Of a DNA stretch of 55,098 bases, positions 8,245 through 16,539 are shown piece after piece. Source of the stretch: Candidatus Thalassarchaeaceae archaeon (lineage in GTDB: Archaea; Thermoplasmatota; Poseidoniia; Poseidoniales; Thalassarchaeaceae). The translations under genes and the position numbers were made by a program. Within the stretch, counting starts at the first letter, position 1, and the number at the start of each line of letters is the position of its first letter. The notes under the pieces were generated by a model. The model was not told where the DNA came from, did not search any database, and saw nothing but the letters and a program-made list of their open reading frames with translations. The DNA lies in contig JASMFB010000002.1 in the NCBI GenBank assembly GCA_030751995.1, positions 1-55,098 of the forward strand. The letters run 5' to 3'.

Positions 8245-10320
8245 ATGAAGCCCATCGAGACCGTAGCCATCATCGGAGCCGGAAACATGGGCAGCGGTAT
8301 TGCCCAGAAGAGCGCGCAGGAGCAGTTTCCCGTTCAGATGGTTGATAGAGAGCAGCAATGGGTCAATCGTGGGCAAGAGACGATTGCGAAATTGCTGGGG
8401 GAGGCTGTGGAGAGGCGAATTTTCTCGGAAGCTCAAGTAGAAGATATCCGAGGTAGAATCACTGGAGTTGTCGGTGTCGAGAACGTTGCTGCCGATACCG
8501 ACCTCGTTATCGAAGCGGTCTTCGAAGATATTGATGTAAAAACAGCGGTTTTCAACACACTCGACGAAGCCTGTGGAGAGGAAACAATCCTTGCATCGAA
8601 CACCTCATCCCTGAGCGTCAATGCTCTGGCTGAAGCAACTGCACGCCCTGATCGGTTTGTCGGCCTACATTTCTTCTATCACCCCGCCAAGAATCGCTTA
8701 GTGGAAGTCATTCCATCGGAATTGTCTAGTGGCGAGACCGTCGCACGCGTGGAACAATACTGCAAGATGCTTGGAAAGGTCGTCATCGTCTGCAAGGATC
8801 GCCCCGGTTTCGTCGTCAATCGATTCTTTGTTCCTTGGCTGAATGAAGCGTGTCTGCTGCTCGAAGAAGGTCTGGGGACCACTGCCCAAATTGATGCAGT
8901 AGCACGCTCGGCCTTTGACATCGGCATGGGTCCTTTCGCACTGATGAATCTGACAGGTCCACCCATCGCACTTCACTCGACCAATTATCTCGCTGAGCAA
9001 CTCAATACGCCGCGGTATACGGGCGCCCAGAGTCTGAATGATCTCGTCGAGGAAGGAGTCATGTGGGAGATTGACGAGGACACCGAATGTGATGCTGAGG
9101 CTGCCAAGATTATCTCAGAACGACTGCTTGGTCAGGTGTTTGCTGTCTGCTCACAAATTGTCGCAGAAGAAATCTGTTCCATGGAGGATGTCGACCGTGG
9201 GGCCAAGGTGGGTCTGCGCTGGATGAATGGGCCATTCGAAATCATGAATGCAATTGGAATCGATGAAGCCTACCGCATGGCCAATGCCTATGCAGATCTC
9301 GCTGCATTCGATTTACCACCCTTCTTTGAAGTCAAAGCTGAAACTGGGCATCCCTGGGAATTCAATTTTGTTGATGTCGTTCAGACAGGAGGTGTCGCGA
9401 CTATTCGACTCAATAGACCCGAAGCGATGAATGCACTAAACGAGACACTGGTTGCTCAATTAGGGGCTGTGATGGACGATTTGAATGCGGACAACTCGGT
9501 TACTACCATCGTTCTAGAAGGTGCAGGAAAGGCCTTTGTCGCTGGAGCGGATGTCAAGTTCTTCGTCGACAAAATCCGTGCTGATTCTATCTCTGACATC
9601 TATGATTTCACTGCCAACGGCCATGAAGTTCTCAACAAATTGGAGAACAGTCCCAAGACCACAATTGCCCTAACCACAGGCCTAGCTCTCGGTGGTGGAC
9701 TTGAACTTGCCCTAGCCTGTGACTATCGAGTCGGCACCCGACGCAGCCAGTTCCGCTTTCCCGAAACCAGCATCGGAATCTATCCGGGCTTGGGTGGGAC
9801 GCAGCGTACCGTCCGCATCTGCGGTATTGAGGCCGCACGCTGGGCCGTGCTTGCTGGCAATTTTGTCGATTCAAAGACGGCGGATGCCCTTGGAATTCTC
9901 ACACATCTTGTCGAACCTGCTGAGGTCAGCGAGACTGTGGAATCGATTTCTGCATCGGGCAAGCCGGCGAACAAGTATCCCGGAACACCTCGTGACACAG
10001 GTCATCCAGTCGCGGCTTTTGCCAATGCGTTCTACAGTGATGGTAACATTTCTGGACTGCTCAACGGTTCGTGTCCCGATGGATTTGATGCCGAGGATCG
10101 CAACGTCGGCCGTCAACTGAAGTCCCTCAGCCGAGTAGCCCCAATCGCGTTACGGATAGCCAATGAACTACTCGACGGAGCTGTTGAAACCGGAGATGAC
10201 CTCGATGCAGGGCTGGCTCTGGAACTGTCGAACCTAGACGATATATTCGGTACGGCTGATGCTCTAGAGGGATTGTCAGCACTCATTGAAGGACGTCGGC
10301 CTACGTACACTAATTCGTGA
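8245..10320 (+). CDS. Bifunctional 3-hydroxyacyl-CoA dehydrogenase (N-terminal) / enoyl-CoA hydratase (C-terminal)
   Basis: Rossmann motif VAIIGAGNMGSGIA plus the NTSSL motif at the N-terminus. The crotonase fold is IRLNRPEAMNALN...GAGKAFVAGADVKFF...ALGGGLELALACDYRV at the C-terminus. Confidence 0.93.
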   Translation: MKPIETVAIIGAGNMGSGIAQKSAQEQFPVQMVDREQQWVNRGQETIAKLLGEAVERRIFSEAQVEDIRGRITGVVGVENVAADTDLVIEAVFEDIDVKTAVFNTLDEACGEETILASNTSSLSVNALAEATARPDRFVGLHFFYHPAKNRLVEVIPSELSSGETVARVEQYCKMLGKVVIVCKDRPGFVVNRFFVPWLNEACLLLEEGLGTTAQIDAVARSAFDIGMGPFALMNLTGPPIALHSTNYLAEQLNTPRYTGAQSLNDLVEEGVMWEIDEDTECDAEAAKIISERLLGQVFAVCSQIVAEEICSMEDVDRGAKVGLRWMNGPFEIMNAIGIDEAYRMANAYADLAAFDLPPFFEVKAETGHPWEFNFVDVVQTGGVATIRLNRPEAMNALNETLVAQLGAVMDDLNADNSVTTIVLEGAGKAFVAGADVKFFVDKIRADSISDIYDFTANGHEVLNKLENSPKTTIALTTGLALGGGLELALACDYRVGTRRSQFRFPETSIGIYPGLGGTQRTVRICGIEAARWAVLAGNFVDSKTADALGILTHLVEPAEVSETVESISASGKPANKYPGTPRDTGHPVAAFANAFYSDGNISGLLNGSCPDGFDAEDRNVGRQLKSLSRVAPIALRIANELLDGAVETGDDLDAGLALELSNLDDIFGTADALEGLSALIEGRRPTYTNS

Positions 10321-10375
10321 TTCGTAACACCGAAGCCATCATCATCTCCACCATGTGTCGCTGTGTGGGGATTGA

Positions 10376-10768
10376 ATGCAACCAGACCCGTCCCAAGCGC
10401 CGGCCATGCAGGACAGTGTTGTCGGAGGAAATGTGCATACCGGGAATGTAGTGCACAATCATTACCATGCTGCACCTCAACCAGTTGTCCAGCAAGTACC
10501 CGTACAGGCCGTCGTGCAGCAAACCTACGCCCCAGCGGCGACATACATCCCCTCAACGGGATCCAAAGATGTCGTTGTGGCCTATTTGATGTGGTTCTTC
10601 CTAGGCCTGATTGGTGGACACCGCTTCTATCTTGGTCACGTTGGTATGGGGATTCTGTACCTTTTCACCTTTGGTGGTTTTGGAATAGGTTGGGTCATTG
10701 ATGCACTCATCATGCCTCAATTGGTCCATCAGGCCAACAATCCAAACCAAGTCATCATCATTCGATGA
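10376..10768 (+). CDS. TM2 domain membrane protein
   Basis: AYLMWFFLGLIGGHRFYLGHVGMGILYLFTFGGFGIGWVIDAL matches the two-helix TM2 domain pattern. The N-terminus is rich in Q, V and H. Confidence 0.8.
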   Translation: MQPDPSQAPAMQDSVVGGNVHTGNVVHNHYHAAPQPVVQQVPVQAVVQQTYAPAATYIPSTGSKDVVVAYLMWFFLGLIGGHRFYLGHVGMGILYLFTFGGFGIGWVIDALIMPQLVHQANNPNQVIIIR

Positions 10769-10786
10769 TTGCGTTAGGCCAATGCC

Positions 10787-10975
10787 CTAATTGCGGCGAG
10801 CCAGGGCCAGCAACCCTAGGATTGATCGATGGGTGGATTTCTCTGCCAAATGTTTTCTCTCAACCGCTTTGAGTCCCTCGTATTCTGCTTCCAATTCATC
10901 AATCCAATTCTCTAACCATGCATCCATGTGTAACCCTCCAACCAGTGTTGATAGTAAACTGGTGTACACGGTCAT
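10787..10975 (-). CDS. Small hypothetical protein (62 aa; helical, acidic)
   Basis: ATG at 10975 lies 25-32 nt downstream of the TATA-like TTTAAATTA (10999..11007), which fits a leaderless mRNA. There is an amphipathic segment, DAWLENWIDELEAEYEGLKAVERKHLAEK. I recognise no homology. Confidence 0.35.
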   Translation of the reverse strand: MTVYTSLLSTLVGGLHMDAWLENWIDELEAEYEGLKAVERKHLAEKSTHRSILGLLALARRN

Positions 10976-10998
10976 ATTTAGACTGAGGAGTTGTAACG

Positions 10999-11007
10999 TT
11001 TAAATTA
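10999..11007. promoter_or_regulatory. Candidate TATA box (TTTAAATTA)
   Basis: It lies 24-32 nt upstream of the minus-strand ATG at 10975 and ~47 nt upstream of the HxlR ATG at 11054. Confidence 0.3.
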
Positions 11008-11053
11008 AGGTGCAACTTCCACACCACGTTACCTGAATAACACCTTGGTGAAA

Positions 11054-11521
11054 ATGATGCCAGAACCTCCAATGATATTGTCCCCTGAAGATATGCTAGA
11101 GATTGAATCCAGTATCGTGACCACTGAAGGAATGGGTGCGAGAATTCGCCAAATTTTTGGTGGTAATCGTTTGAGAGATAACCCAGCCTTCGGAGTACAT
11201 GACATCGCTTGGGAAGTTGAAGCCTCTGTGGATGCGCTGGATGTTTTCACCAGTCGTTGGACCATTGAAATCCTAGCGACATTGTACATTGCGGGGGATC
11301 GCCGCTTCAATGAGTTGCGAAAATTGTTGGTGGGAATTTCAAGTCGAACGCTTTCAGATAAACTTCGCAAGTGTACAGAAAATGGATTGATTGACAGAAT
11401 CGTTGTCGATGGTCCGCCAGTCCGTGTCACGTATCGTTTGACCGAGCACGGTTTGCGTGCAGGTCGATTATTGGGTCCATTGGTTGCCTACATGAAGTTG
11501 CAGAAGGGATCGGTCCAGTAA
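11054..11521 (+). CDS. HxlR-family winged-helix transcriptional regulator
   Basis: RWTIEILATLYIAGDRRFNELRKLLVGISSRTLSDKLRKCTENGLIDRIV...VTYRLTEHG is the HxlR signature. The ORF-track start at 11045 is TTG and the first ATG is at 11054. The ~60-aa N-terminal extension leaves the start uncertain. Confidence 0.8.
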   Translation: MMPEPPMILSPEDMLEIESSIVTTEGMGARIRQIFGGNRLRDNPAFGVHDIAWEVEASVDALDVFTSRWTIEILATLYIAGDRRFNELRKLLVGISSRTLSDKLRKCTENGLIDRIVVDGPPVRVTYRLTEHGLRAGRLLGPLVAYMKLQKGSVQ

Positions 11522-11531
11522 GAATAGTCAG

Positions 11532-11551
11532 ACATAGGCCACTCTATGTCC
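11532..11551 (+). promoter_or_regulatory. Inverted repeat GACATAG-N6-CTATGTC
   Basis: Perfect 7-bp arms, starting 11 nt after the HxlR stop. It could be a terminator hairpin or an operator. Confidence 0.4.
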
Positions 11552-11582
11552 GAACACTGGACCAATTGCTTCAATAAGCACT

Positions 11583-11599
11583 GAATCCCAAAGGGATTC
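11583..11599 (+). promoter_or_regulatory. Perfect palindrome GAATCCC-AAA-GGGATTC abutting a start codon
   Basis: It ends 1 nt before the ATG at 11601 of the double-wHTH gene. It is a candidate operator or a translation-blocking hairpin. Confidence 0.4.
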
Positions 11600-11600
11600 G

Positions 11601-12242
11601 ATGGCACTGCTTCAGCAATGGCACCGTCAGCGTCCTTGGCTCATGGCCGGAGTGGCTGCAGTAGGTGCCAGCCTTGGTGCAGTTATGCCTTGGAATTGGG
11701 CCGCCACAGGAGTGATTTCGAGCCGAGAAACCAATCCATGGGAACATCCGTTACGTCAGCGGATTCTGCAAGTTCTCGATACCCAACCTGGTCTAGCCTA
11801 CCGAGAGTTGCAGCGTGAACTGGGGGCAGCTAACGGTACCCTCCGCCATCATCTCGACGTTCTAATCTCAAATCGCTCAATCACTGTGGTCCCTGTCAAT
11901 GGTCGATCTTGCCACTACGCTGGCGCCCCGCAGCAAATCGAGATTCTGCGAGAGATGAATGTTGGCGATTCACAGCGTGCTGCGCGAATGATGCCGGTCG
12001 GACTTTCCGGTGCTCAGCGCATCGTTGTGGCCAGGTTGATGAAGGCGCCGCAACCCAAGAGTCAGGCCGAACTAAGTCGAGAGATGGGTCGCTCTAGAGC
12101 TACTATCCACTCTGCTATCAAGGTCTTGCGTCGTCGTGGAATTATTCACAGCCACGAACTCAAATTAGCGCCACATCTCGAGGGATTGCAAACCTCTGGC
12201 ATCGAATACGAATGGCTAGATGAGCGACCTCTTCCTGAGTAA
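11601..12242 (+). CDS. Putative transcriptional regulator with two winged-helix domains and an N-terminal hydrophobic segment
   Basis: RQRILQVLDTQPGLAYRELQRELGAANGTLRHHLDVLISNRSI is ArsR-like. A second HTH is QRIVVARLMKAPQPKSQAELSREMGRSRATIHSAIKVLRRRGII. Confidence 0.7.
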   Translation: MALLQQWHRQRPWLMAGVAAVGASLGAVMPWNWAATGVISSRETNPWEHPLRQRILQVLDTQPGLAYRELQRELGAANGTLRHHLDVLISNRSITVVPVNGRSCHYAGAPQQIEILREMNVGDSQRAARMMPVGLSGAQRIVVARLMKAPQPKSQAELSREMGRSRATIHSAIKVLRRRGIIHSHELKLAPHLEGLQTSGIEYEWLDERPLPE

Positions 12243-12332
12243 ACTCGCGTTCCAACGTGAGACGACATAGTTAGGTCTGAGTCACTTCTGATGTCGGAGG
12301 GGTTTTGAGCCCCCCTGCCCCGGGCATTACCT

Positions 12333-13433
12333 ATGTTGAACATGCGATTGGCCGAGCAGCCTGCACCCGCAGGCAGTCGAGACGTCAATCAACTGGTCAG
12401 TTGGTTGCTGGACACGCTGGAATTAGTCCGTCGGACCGGGGACGAATGGACTGGTGAAGGGGTGCATTCCCCTATCCACCGAATTCTCTGCGAACATATG
12501 CTTGCCAATCCGGGACAGGGGTGGGATGCCCAGACCTTGGGTGATGAATTGGGCCTGTCTCCGACCGCAACACAATACCAACTCGGCAAGCTCAACGAAT
12601 GTGGACTCACTGCGGCCGTGAATCGAGATGGTTGGCGAGTGCATCATCTTCGCAACGGATCGCTCTCAAATGCGGTCGAGATTATGGCTACAGAAGCACG
12701 GCTGGTCTTGGAACAACGACTTCGCGCGCTTGAAGGATGGATGGCAGAGAGCGATACGAGAATGTCCATTGTCCCGGATAAGAGGGGTGATGCACCGTTC
12801 CACATCCAGATTCGAGGAAGGGTACCTCTAACTGAAGGTCAGGACGAAATGGATGCTTTCCTAGTTGACCTAGGTCTACTAGGGGATCGCGTACGTCGAC
12901 CAGCAGACGGAAGCGCACCACTGGGGCGCCTGATGTTTGAACATCTGCTGGCAGCACATTCGCCTCTATCGCTGGACGAAGCTCTGGAACACTGGGGGAC
13001 GACTCGGCCACGACTGACACGCACCTTGGACAGATTCAGAGCCGCAGGTCTAGCAGAGAGGGTTCCACGATTGGATCGGTTACCGGTCACCTTGTGGTCT
13101 GCACTCCAAGCACAACATGGTCGCCGAGGCAGTGATTGGCTGATGAAGAAGGGTGGGCTTTCTCGCATTGATGAGAAGGTTGCCAAGAAGGTGGTCAAGG
13201 CTCTGAAAGACGGTTCATTCAATGTAGAGAAGTGTGAGAAAATCTTCTCTGGTGTTTCTCCCAATGAACAGATGATTATGCTCAACATGCTCGGTGGAAA
13301 GTTGGCTATCGGGTGGCGCCTGTGTGGCGCCAAGTCCAGCCAGGTTTGTGAGCGTGTACTGGCAAAATCGGATCGAACTTTCAGACGAATAAAGAGAGTT
13401 GCAGAGACGCTTGAAAAGGCGTTGAAGGAATAA
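12333..13433 (+). CDS. Putative winged-helix DNA-binding protein (366 aa)
   Basis: ILCEHMLANPGQGWDAQTLGDELGLSPTATQYQLGKLNECGLT is wHTH-like. A second HTH-like segment is LSLDEALEHWGTTRPRLTRTLDRFRAAGLAERV. Confidence 0.65.
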   Translation: MLNMRLAEQPAPAGSRDVNQLVSWLLDTLELVRRTGDEWTGEGVHSPIHRILCEHMLANPGQGWDAQTLGDELGLSPTATQYQLGKLNECGLTAAVNRDGWRVHHLRNGSLSNAVEIMATEARLVLEQRLRALEGWMAESDTRMSIVPDKRGDAPFHIQIRGRVPLTEGQDEMDAFLVDLGLLGDRVRRPADGSAPLGRLMFEHLLAAHSPLSLDEALEHWGTTRPRLTRTLDRFRAAGLAERVPRLDRLPVTLWSALQAQHGRRGSDWLMKKGGLSRIDEKVAKKVVKALKDGSFNVEKCEKIFSGVSPNEQMIMLNMLGGKLAIGWRLCGAKSSQVCERVLAKSDRTFRRIKRVAETLEKALKE

Positions 13434-13442
13434 TTATTCCTT
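13425..13442. promoter_or_regulatory. Loop-less 18-bp perfect palindrome AAGGAATAATTATTCCTT
   Basis: It spans the TAA stop (13434..13436) of the 366-aa wHTH gene, in the 33-bp convergent spacer with dus. Confidence 0.3.
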
Positions 13443-13466
13443 TGAGTTAAATCTTAATAATTAACA

Positions 13467-14510
13467 TCAGCGTTTGAATTCATGATGTTTCAACCCTTCT
13501 GCCATGGCGATTGCCTCAGGGACAGCCAATGTGTTGTGACTTCGGTTCGCATATCCTTCAAATGCCATATTCAGTGGTTCTCCAATCAAACGGAAATCCT
13601 TGATGGCGTGAAGGTGTGGCCTCAATTCCCTACTACCAGGAAGACCCTTGGTGAATGAGATGGCATGTTGTTTCATGTTGCGAGCCGCATAGGGGCCTCC
13701 AATTTCGTCGACCAATTCGACGTAGCGATTCCATGCCCAATGTTTCTGGCCAGCCTCATTAGCGTCGCCCCAAGGGGCATCGAAATCCCCCCAACCCAAT
13801 TCCGTCTTTATTCTTCCAAATATACAGGGATCACCAATGGCACCCCGACCAATCATCAATCCAGATGCGCCAGTTACTTCCAAGCAACGGGCGGCACTCT
13901 TTGCACCAATGATGTCACCGTTGGCAATCACAGGAACACCATAGGGTTCTGCAATATCGACCACTTGGCGAATCATATCCCAATTGGCATCTCCGCGATA
14001 TTTCTGAGATAGTGTGCGTCCATGAACACAGATTCGCAATACACCGAGTTGGGCACATCGCTCAGCGATTTCAAAGACGGTGATGGTATTTTGACTGGTT
14101 CCCAATCGCATCTTCACTGAGACCGGGACTTCGCTGGCCTGTATGCAGCGTTCAACCATAGAAATGAGATTGTCTGGATCGGCCATCATCGCCGCGCCAG
14201 CACAAGTCTTGGTGACCTTTGGCGCGGGACATCCAAAATTGAGGTCGATGACATCCGCACTTTTCGAAAGTAGGCGAGATGTTTCGACCATTTCATCTTC
14301 GATACCGCCAAAAATTTGTGGGATGAATGGGGCTTCCCGTGGATGAGTTTCAACTTTGGCCCACGATCTGGCATCTTGACGGCTGAGGCCACTGGCCGCA
14401 GTGAATTCTGTCGAAGTAAAATCAGCGCCGGCCTCTAGTGCCAACAATCGGTATGCCACATCGGTCACACCAGACATTGGTGCTAGGAACAATGGAACTT
14501 GTTCTGGCAT
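13467..14510 (-). CDS. tRNA-dihydrouridine synthase (Dus family, FMN TIM barrel)
   Basis: LAPMSGVTDVAYRLL, DLNFGCPAPKV, VHGRT, NGDI and MIGRGAIGDP motifs. The SD GAGGTGGGATC precedes the ATG at 14510. It lies 22 nt downstream of uS2. Confidence 0.85.
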   Translation of the reverse strand: MPEQVPLFLAPMSGVTDVAYRLLALEAGADFTSTEFTAASGLSRQDARSWAKVETHPREAPFIPQIFGGIEDEMVETSRLLSKSADVIDLNFGCPAPKVTKTCAGAAMMADPDNLISMVERCIQASEVPVSVKMRLGTSQNTITVFEIAERCAQLGVLRICVHGRTLSQKYRGDANWDMIRQVVDIAEPYGVPVIANGDIIGAKSAARCLEVTGASGLMIGRGAIGDPCIFGRIKTELGWGDFDAPWGDANEAGQKHWAWNRYVELVDEIGGPYAARNMKQHAISFTKGLPGSRELRPHLHAIKDFRLIGEPLNMAFEGYANRSHNTLAVPEAIAMAEGLKHHEFKR

Positions 14511-14532
14511 GATCCCACCTCACTGAGACAAC

Positions 14533-15141
14533 TCAGAAAGTGGATTCCCAATCGTTGACATCTTGCATGGTAGCCCATGTATCGTCATCCATTGTGCCGC
14601 GGCCCTTGAGAACTTCGCGGGAAAGGAGCCAGTAAATCAAGGACAGACTCTGGCGGCCCTTGTTGTTAGCTGGCAAGCAGAGATCAACATTTCGAAGATT
14701 GTTGTTAGCATCACAAATGGCGACGACGGGCATGCCACTGCTAACCGCTTCTGAGAGTGACTGTTGATCCGCCTGTGGGTCGGTTACAACGATGAGTTCA
14801 GGTTCGATGTAAGTTCGAAGACGAGGGTTAGTCAATGTGCCTGGGATGAATCGACCTACTATGTGCTTGGCGCCGATTGACTGAGCAAACATGCGGGCGG
14901 GGCGCTGACCGTATTGACGTGCGCTGACGACCAGAATGCGACTTGAGTCGTATCGGTTGAGGAATTGAGCAACGATGCGCATTCTAGAATCGGTATGTTC
15001 CAAATCAATCAAATGTAGACCTGAGCCATCTCCTTGTTCGTCACTGAGGAAGGGTTTCATGTCCGCACTCTTCTGGAGCGCACCAATGTGAACCTTGTGA
15101 ACCTCGTAGGTTTCATGAGGAACCAGCATTGAATCGGTCAT
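14533..15141 (-). CDS. rps2: 30S ribosomal protein uS2
   Basis: LLVPHETY..VHIGA, ILVVSARQYGQRPARMFA and VVTDPQADQQSLSEAVSSGMPVVAICDANNNLRNVDLCLPANNKGRQSL. The ATG at 15141 is preferred over the GTG at 15174 used by the ORF track. Confidence 0.92.
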   Translation of the reverse strand: MTDSMLVPHETYEVHKVHIGALQKSADMKPFLSDEQGDGSGLHLIDLEHTDSRMRIVAQFLNRYDSSRILVVSARQYGQRPARMFAQSIGAKHIVGRFIPGTLTNPRLRTYIEPELIVVTDPQADQQSLSEAVSSGMPVVAICDANNNLRNVDLCLPANNKGRQSLSLIYWLLSREVLKGRGTMDDDTWATMQDVNDWESTF

Positions 15142-15291
15142 GACATTGCCTCGGCGGCCTCGCCACCCACCCACTCTTCATAACCGCTTCGCTCGCGTAC
15201 ACGAGATTTTTCAATGCAGTGACACGAATAGAAGGCGATGGTGAATCAAAAGCACGGTAGCGAGGCATGTCGGAAGAATGCTTAACTTTCA

Positions 15292-16539
15292 ATGGATTCT
15301 CTCTCCCTCATGGGCGGAGATAAATCGGTTGAAGCCGCCATGAACCTTTCGAGTCCAATCTCTGAAGGAAACCAACGAAAGGATGGTTATTGGGCGAATT
15401 TGAAGGGGGTTCCGCTCCCGGTTTCTGCATCCGATTTGGAACGGCACACCTACTGCCCCGTGTCGTGGCAATTGTCGAAAGCAGGCGTCAGTGGAGAAGG
15501 TGAAGCGATTGAGAAAGGCATGGTTGCGCACGACAAAATTCATTCAAAGATGCAAGAATTCAAGCGCTCTGAAGATCATGCATCACGTGAATTGGTGATT
15601 TGGTCCTGGTGGATTACAGTATTATGTGCACTTTCTGCTGATTCAGCAGCTTTCTTCTTCGTTGGTGAAGGAGTGATTCCCGAGGAATTCATTCAGGATA
15701 TGGGTCGATATCTCATCATGTTGGCTGTCGTTTGGCTTGTGTTAGCCATCATGCTCATCTCCCTACCTTGGCGACGATGGTTGGGGCGGCCCTTCGGATT
15801 GGCCCAGCCTCCACTAATCGATAGTAGTGGATTGCAGAGTGAAAAAATGATGTCTCCATTTGAACCTGAATACAGCACTGAAAATGATAGTGACTTTGGC
15901 AAAGGTGGAGTCACAGAGGCTCGATTGTTGTTGGCTTCAATTGCAGTTGCATTACACGGTTTGGCGATTTACTGGGGGCAAAATAGAACCATTCTGACAT
16001 TTTCTCTCATCGTGGCTACATTGGCATGGTTGCTGTTCACAGCATGGCAATTGCACAGAGTACTCACCTCGGAACGAGAAGCAGGAGATGCAAGAGAAGA
16101 TGCTGGATTGGCAAAGGATGACATCTTAGCATACAGTGATGATGCAGGAGAAAGTGCTGCGTTGCTCGTCGATGAAGAAATTGGTGTGCGTGGACGACCA
16201 GATCAAATTGTGAAGATTGACAATCAATTTATCCCAGTCGAACAGAAGACTGGCAAGATTCCCAAAGAACCCCATGATAGTCATCGGATGCAATTGCTAG
16301 CCTATCTTCACCTAGTGAGCAATACGACTGGTACGATACCAGATTATGGAATTCTACGCTATGGAGGTGAGGCTCTGTTCACAGTCCCGTGGGATGATTT
16401 GGCAAGGGCTGATTTGACTAATTCAATACAAGAAATTCAGCGCCTCATGGTTGAAGGCGGGGCACAGCGAAACCACGAGAGGCCTGGTAAGTGTCGCAAT
16501 TGTTCGCGACGGAAGATGTGTCCACAGAGTTTGGTCTGA
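15292..16539 (+). CDS. Cas4-family (DUF83, PD-(D/E)XK) nuclease with a four-TM-helix insertion
   Basis: C55 (HTYCPVSW), D304 (GRPDQIV), E317-x-K319 (PVEQKTGK), Q334LLAY338 and C401-X2-C404-X5-C410 are all present. Four hydrophobic helices lie between aa ~101 and 254. The start may instead be M7 (15310) or M17 (15340). Confidence 0.8.
   Translation: MDSLSLMGGDKSVEAAMNLSSPISEGNQRKDGYWANLKGVPLPVSASDLERHTYCPVSWQLSKAGVSGEGEAIEKGMVAHDKIHSKMQEFKRSEDHASRELVIWSWWITVLCALSADSAAFFFVGEGVIPEEFIQDMGRYLIMLAVVWLVLAIMLISLPWRRWLGRPFGLAQPPLIDSSGLQSEKMMSPFEPEYSTENDSDFGKGGVTEARLLLASIAVALHGLAIYWGQNRTILTFSLIVATLAWLLFTAWQLHRVLTSEREAGDAREDAGLAKDDILAYSDDAGESAALLVDEEIGVRGRPDQIVKIDNQFIPVEQKTGKIPKEPHDSHRMQLLAYLHLVSNTTGTIPDYGILRYGGEALFTVPWDDLARADLTNSIQEIQRLMVEGGAQRNHERPGKCRNCSRRKMCPQSLV

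Noticed and set aside
10113-10556. A 147-aa minus-strand ORF across the end of the HACD/ECH gene and the start of the TM2 gene.
   Set aside because: It is antisense to two motif-supported genes, and its composition (R, S, A and P rich) fits a shadow frame.
12839-13333. A 164-aa minus-strand ORF inside the 366-aa wHTH gene.
   Set aside because: It is an antisense shadow ORF rich in R, S and P. The sense frame has HTH-like motifs and proper spacing to its neighbours.
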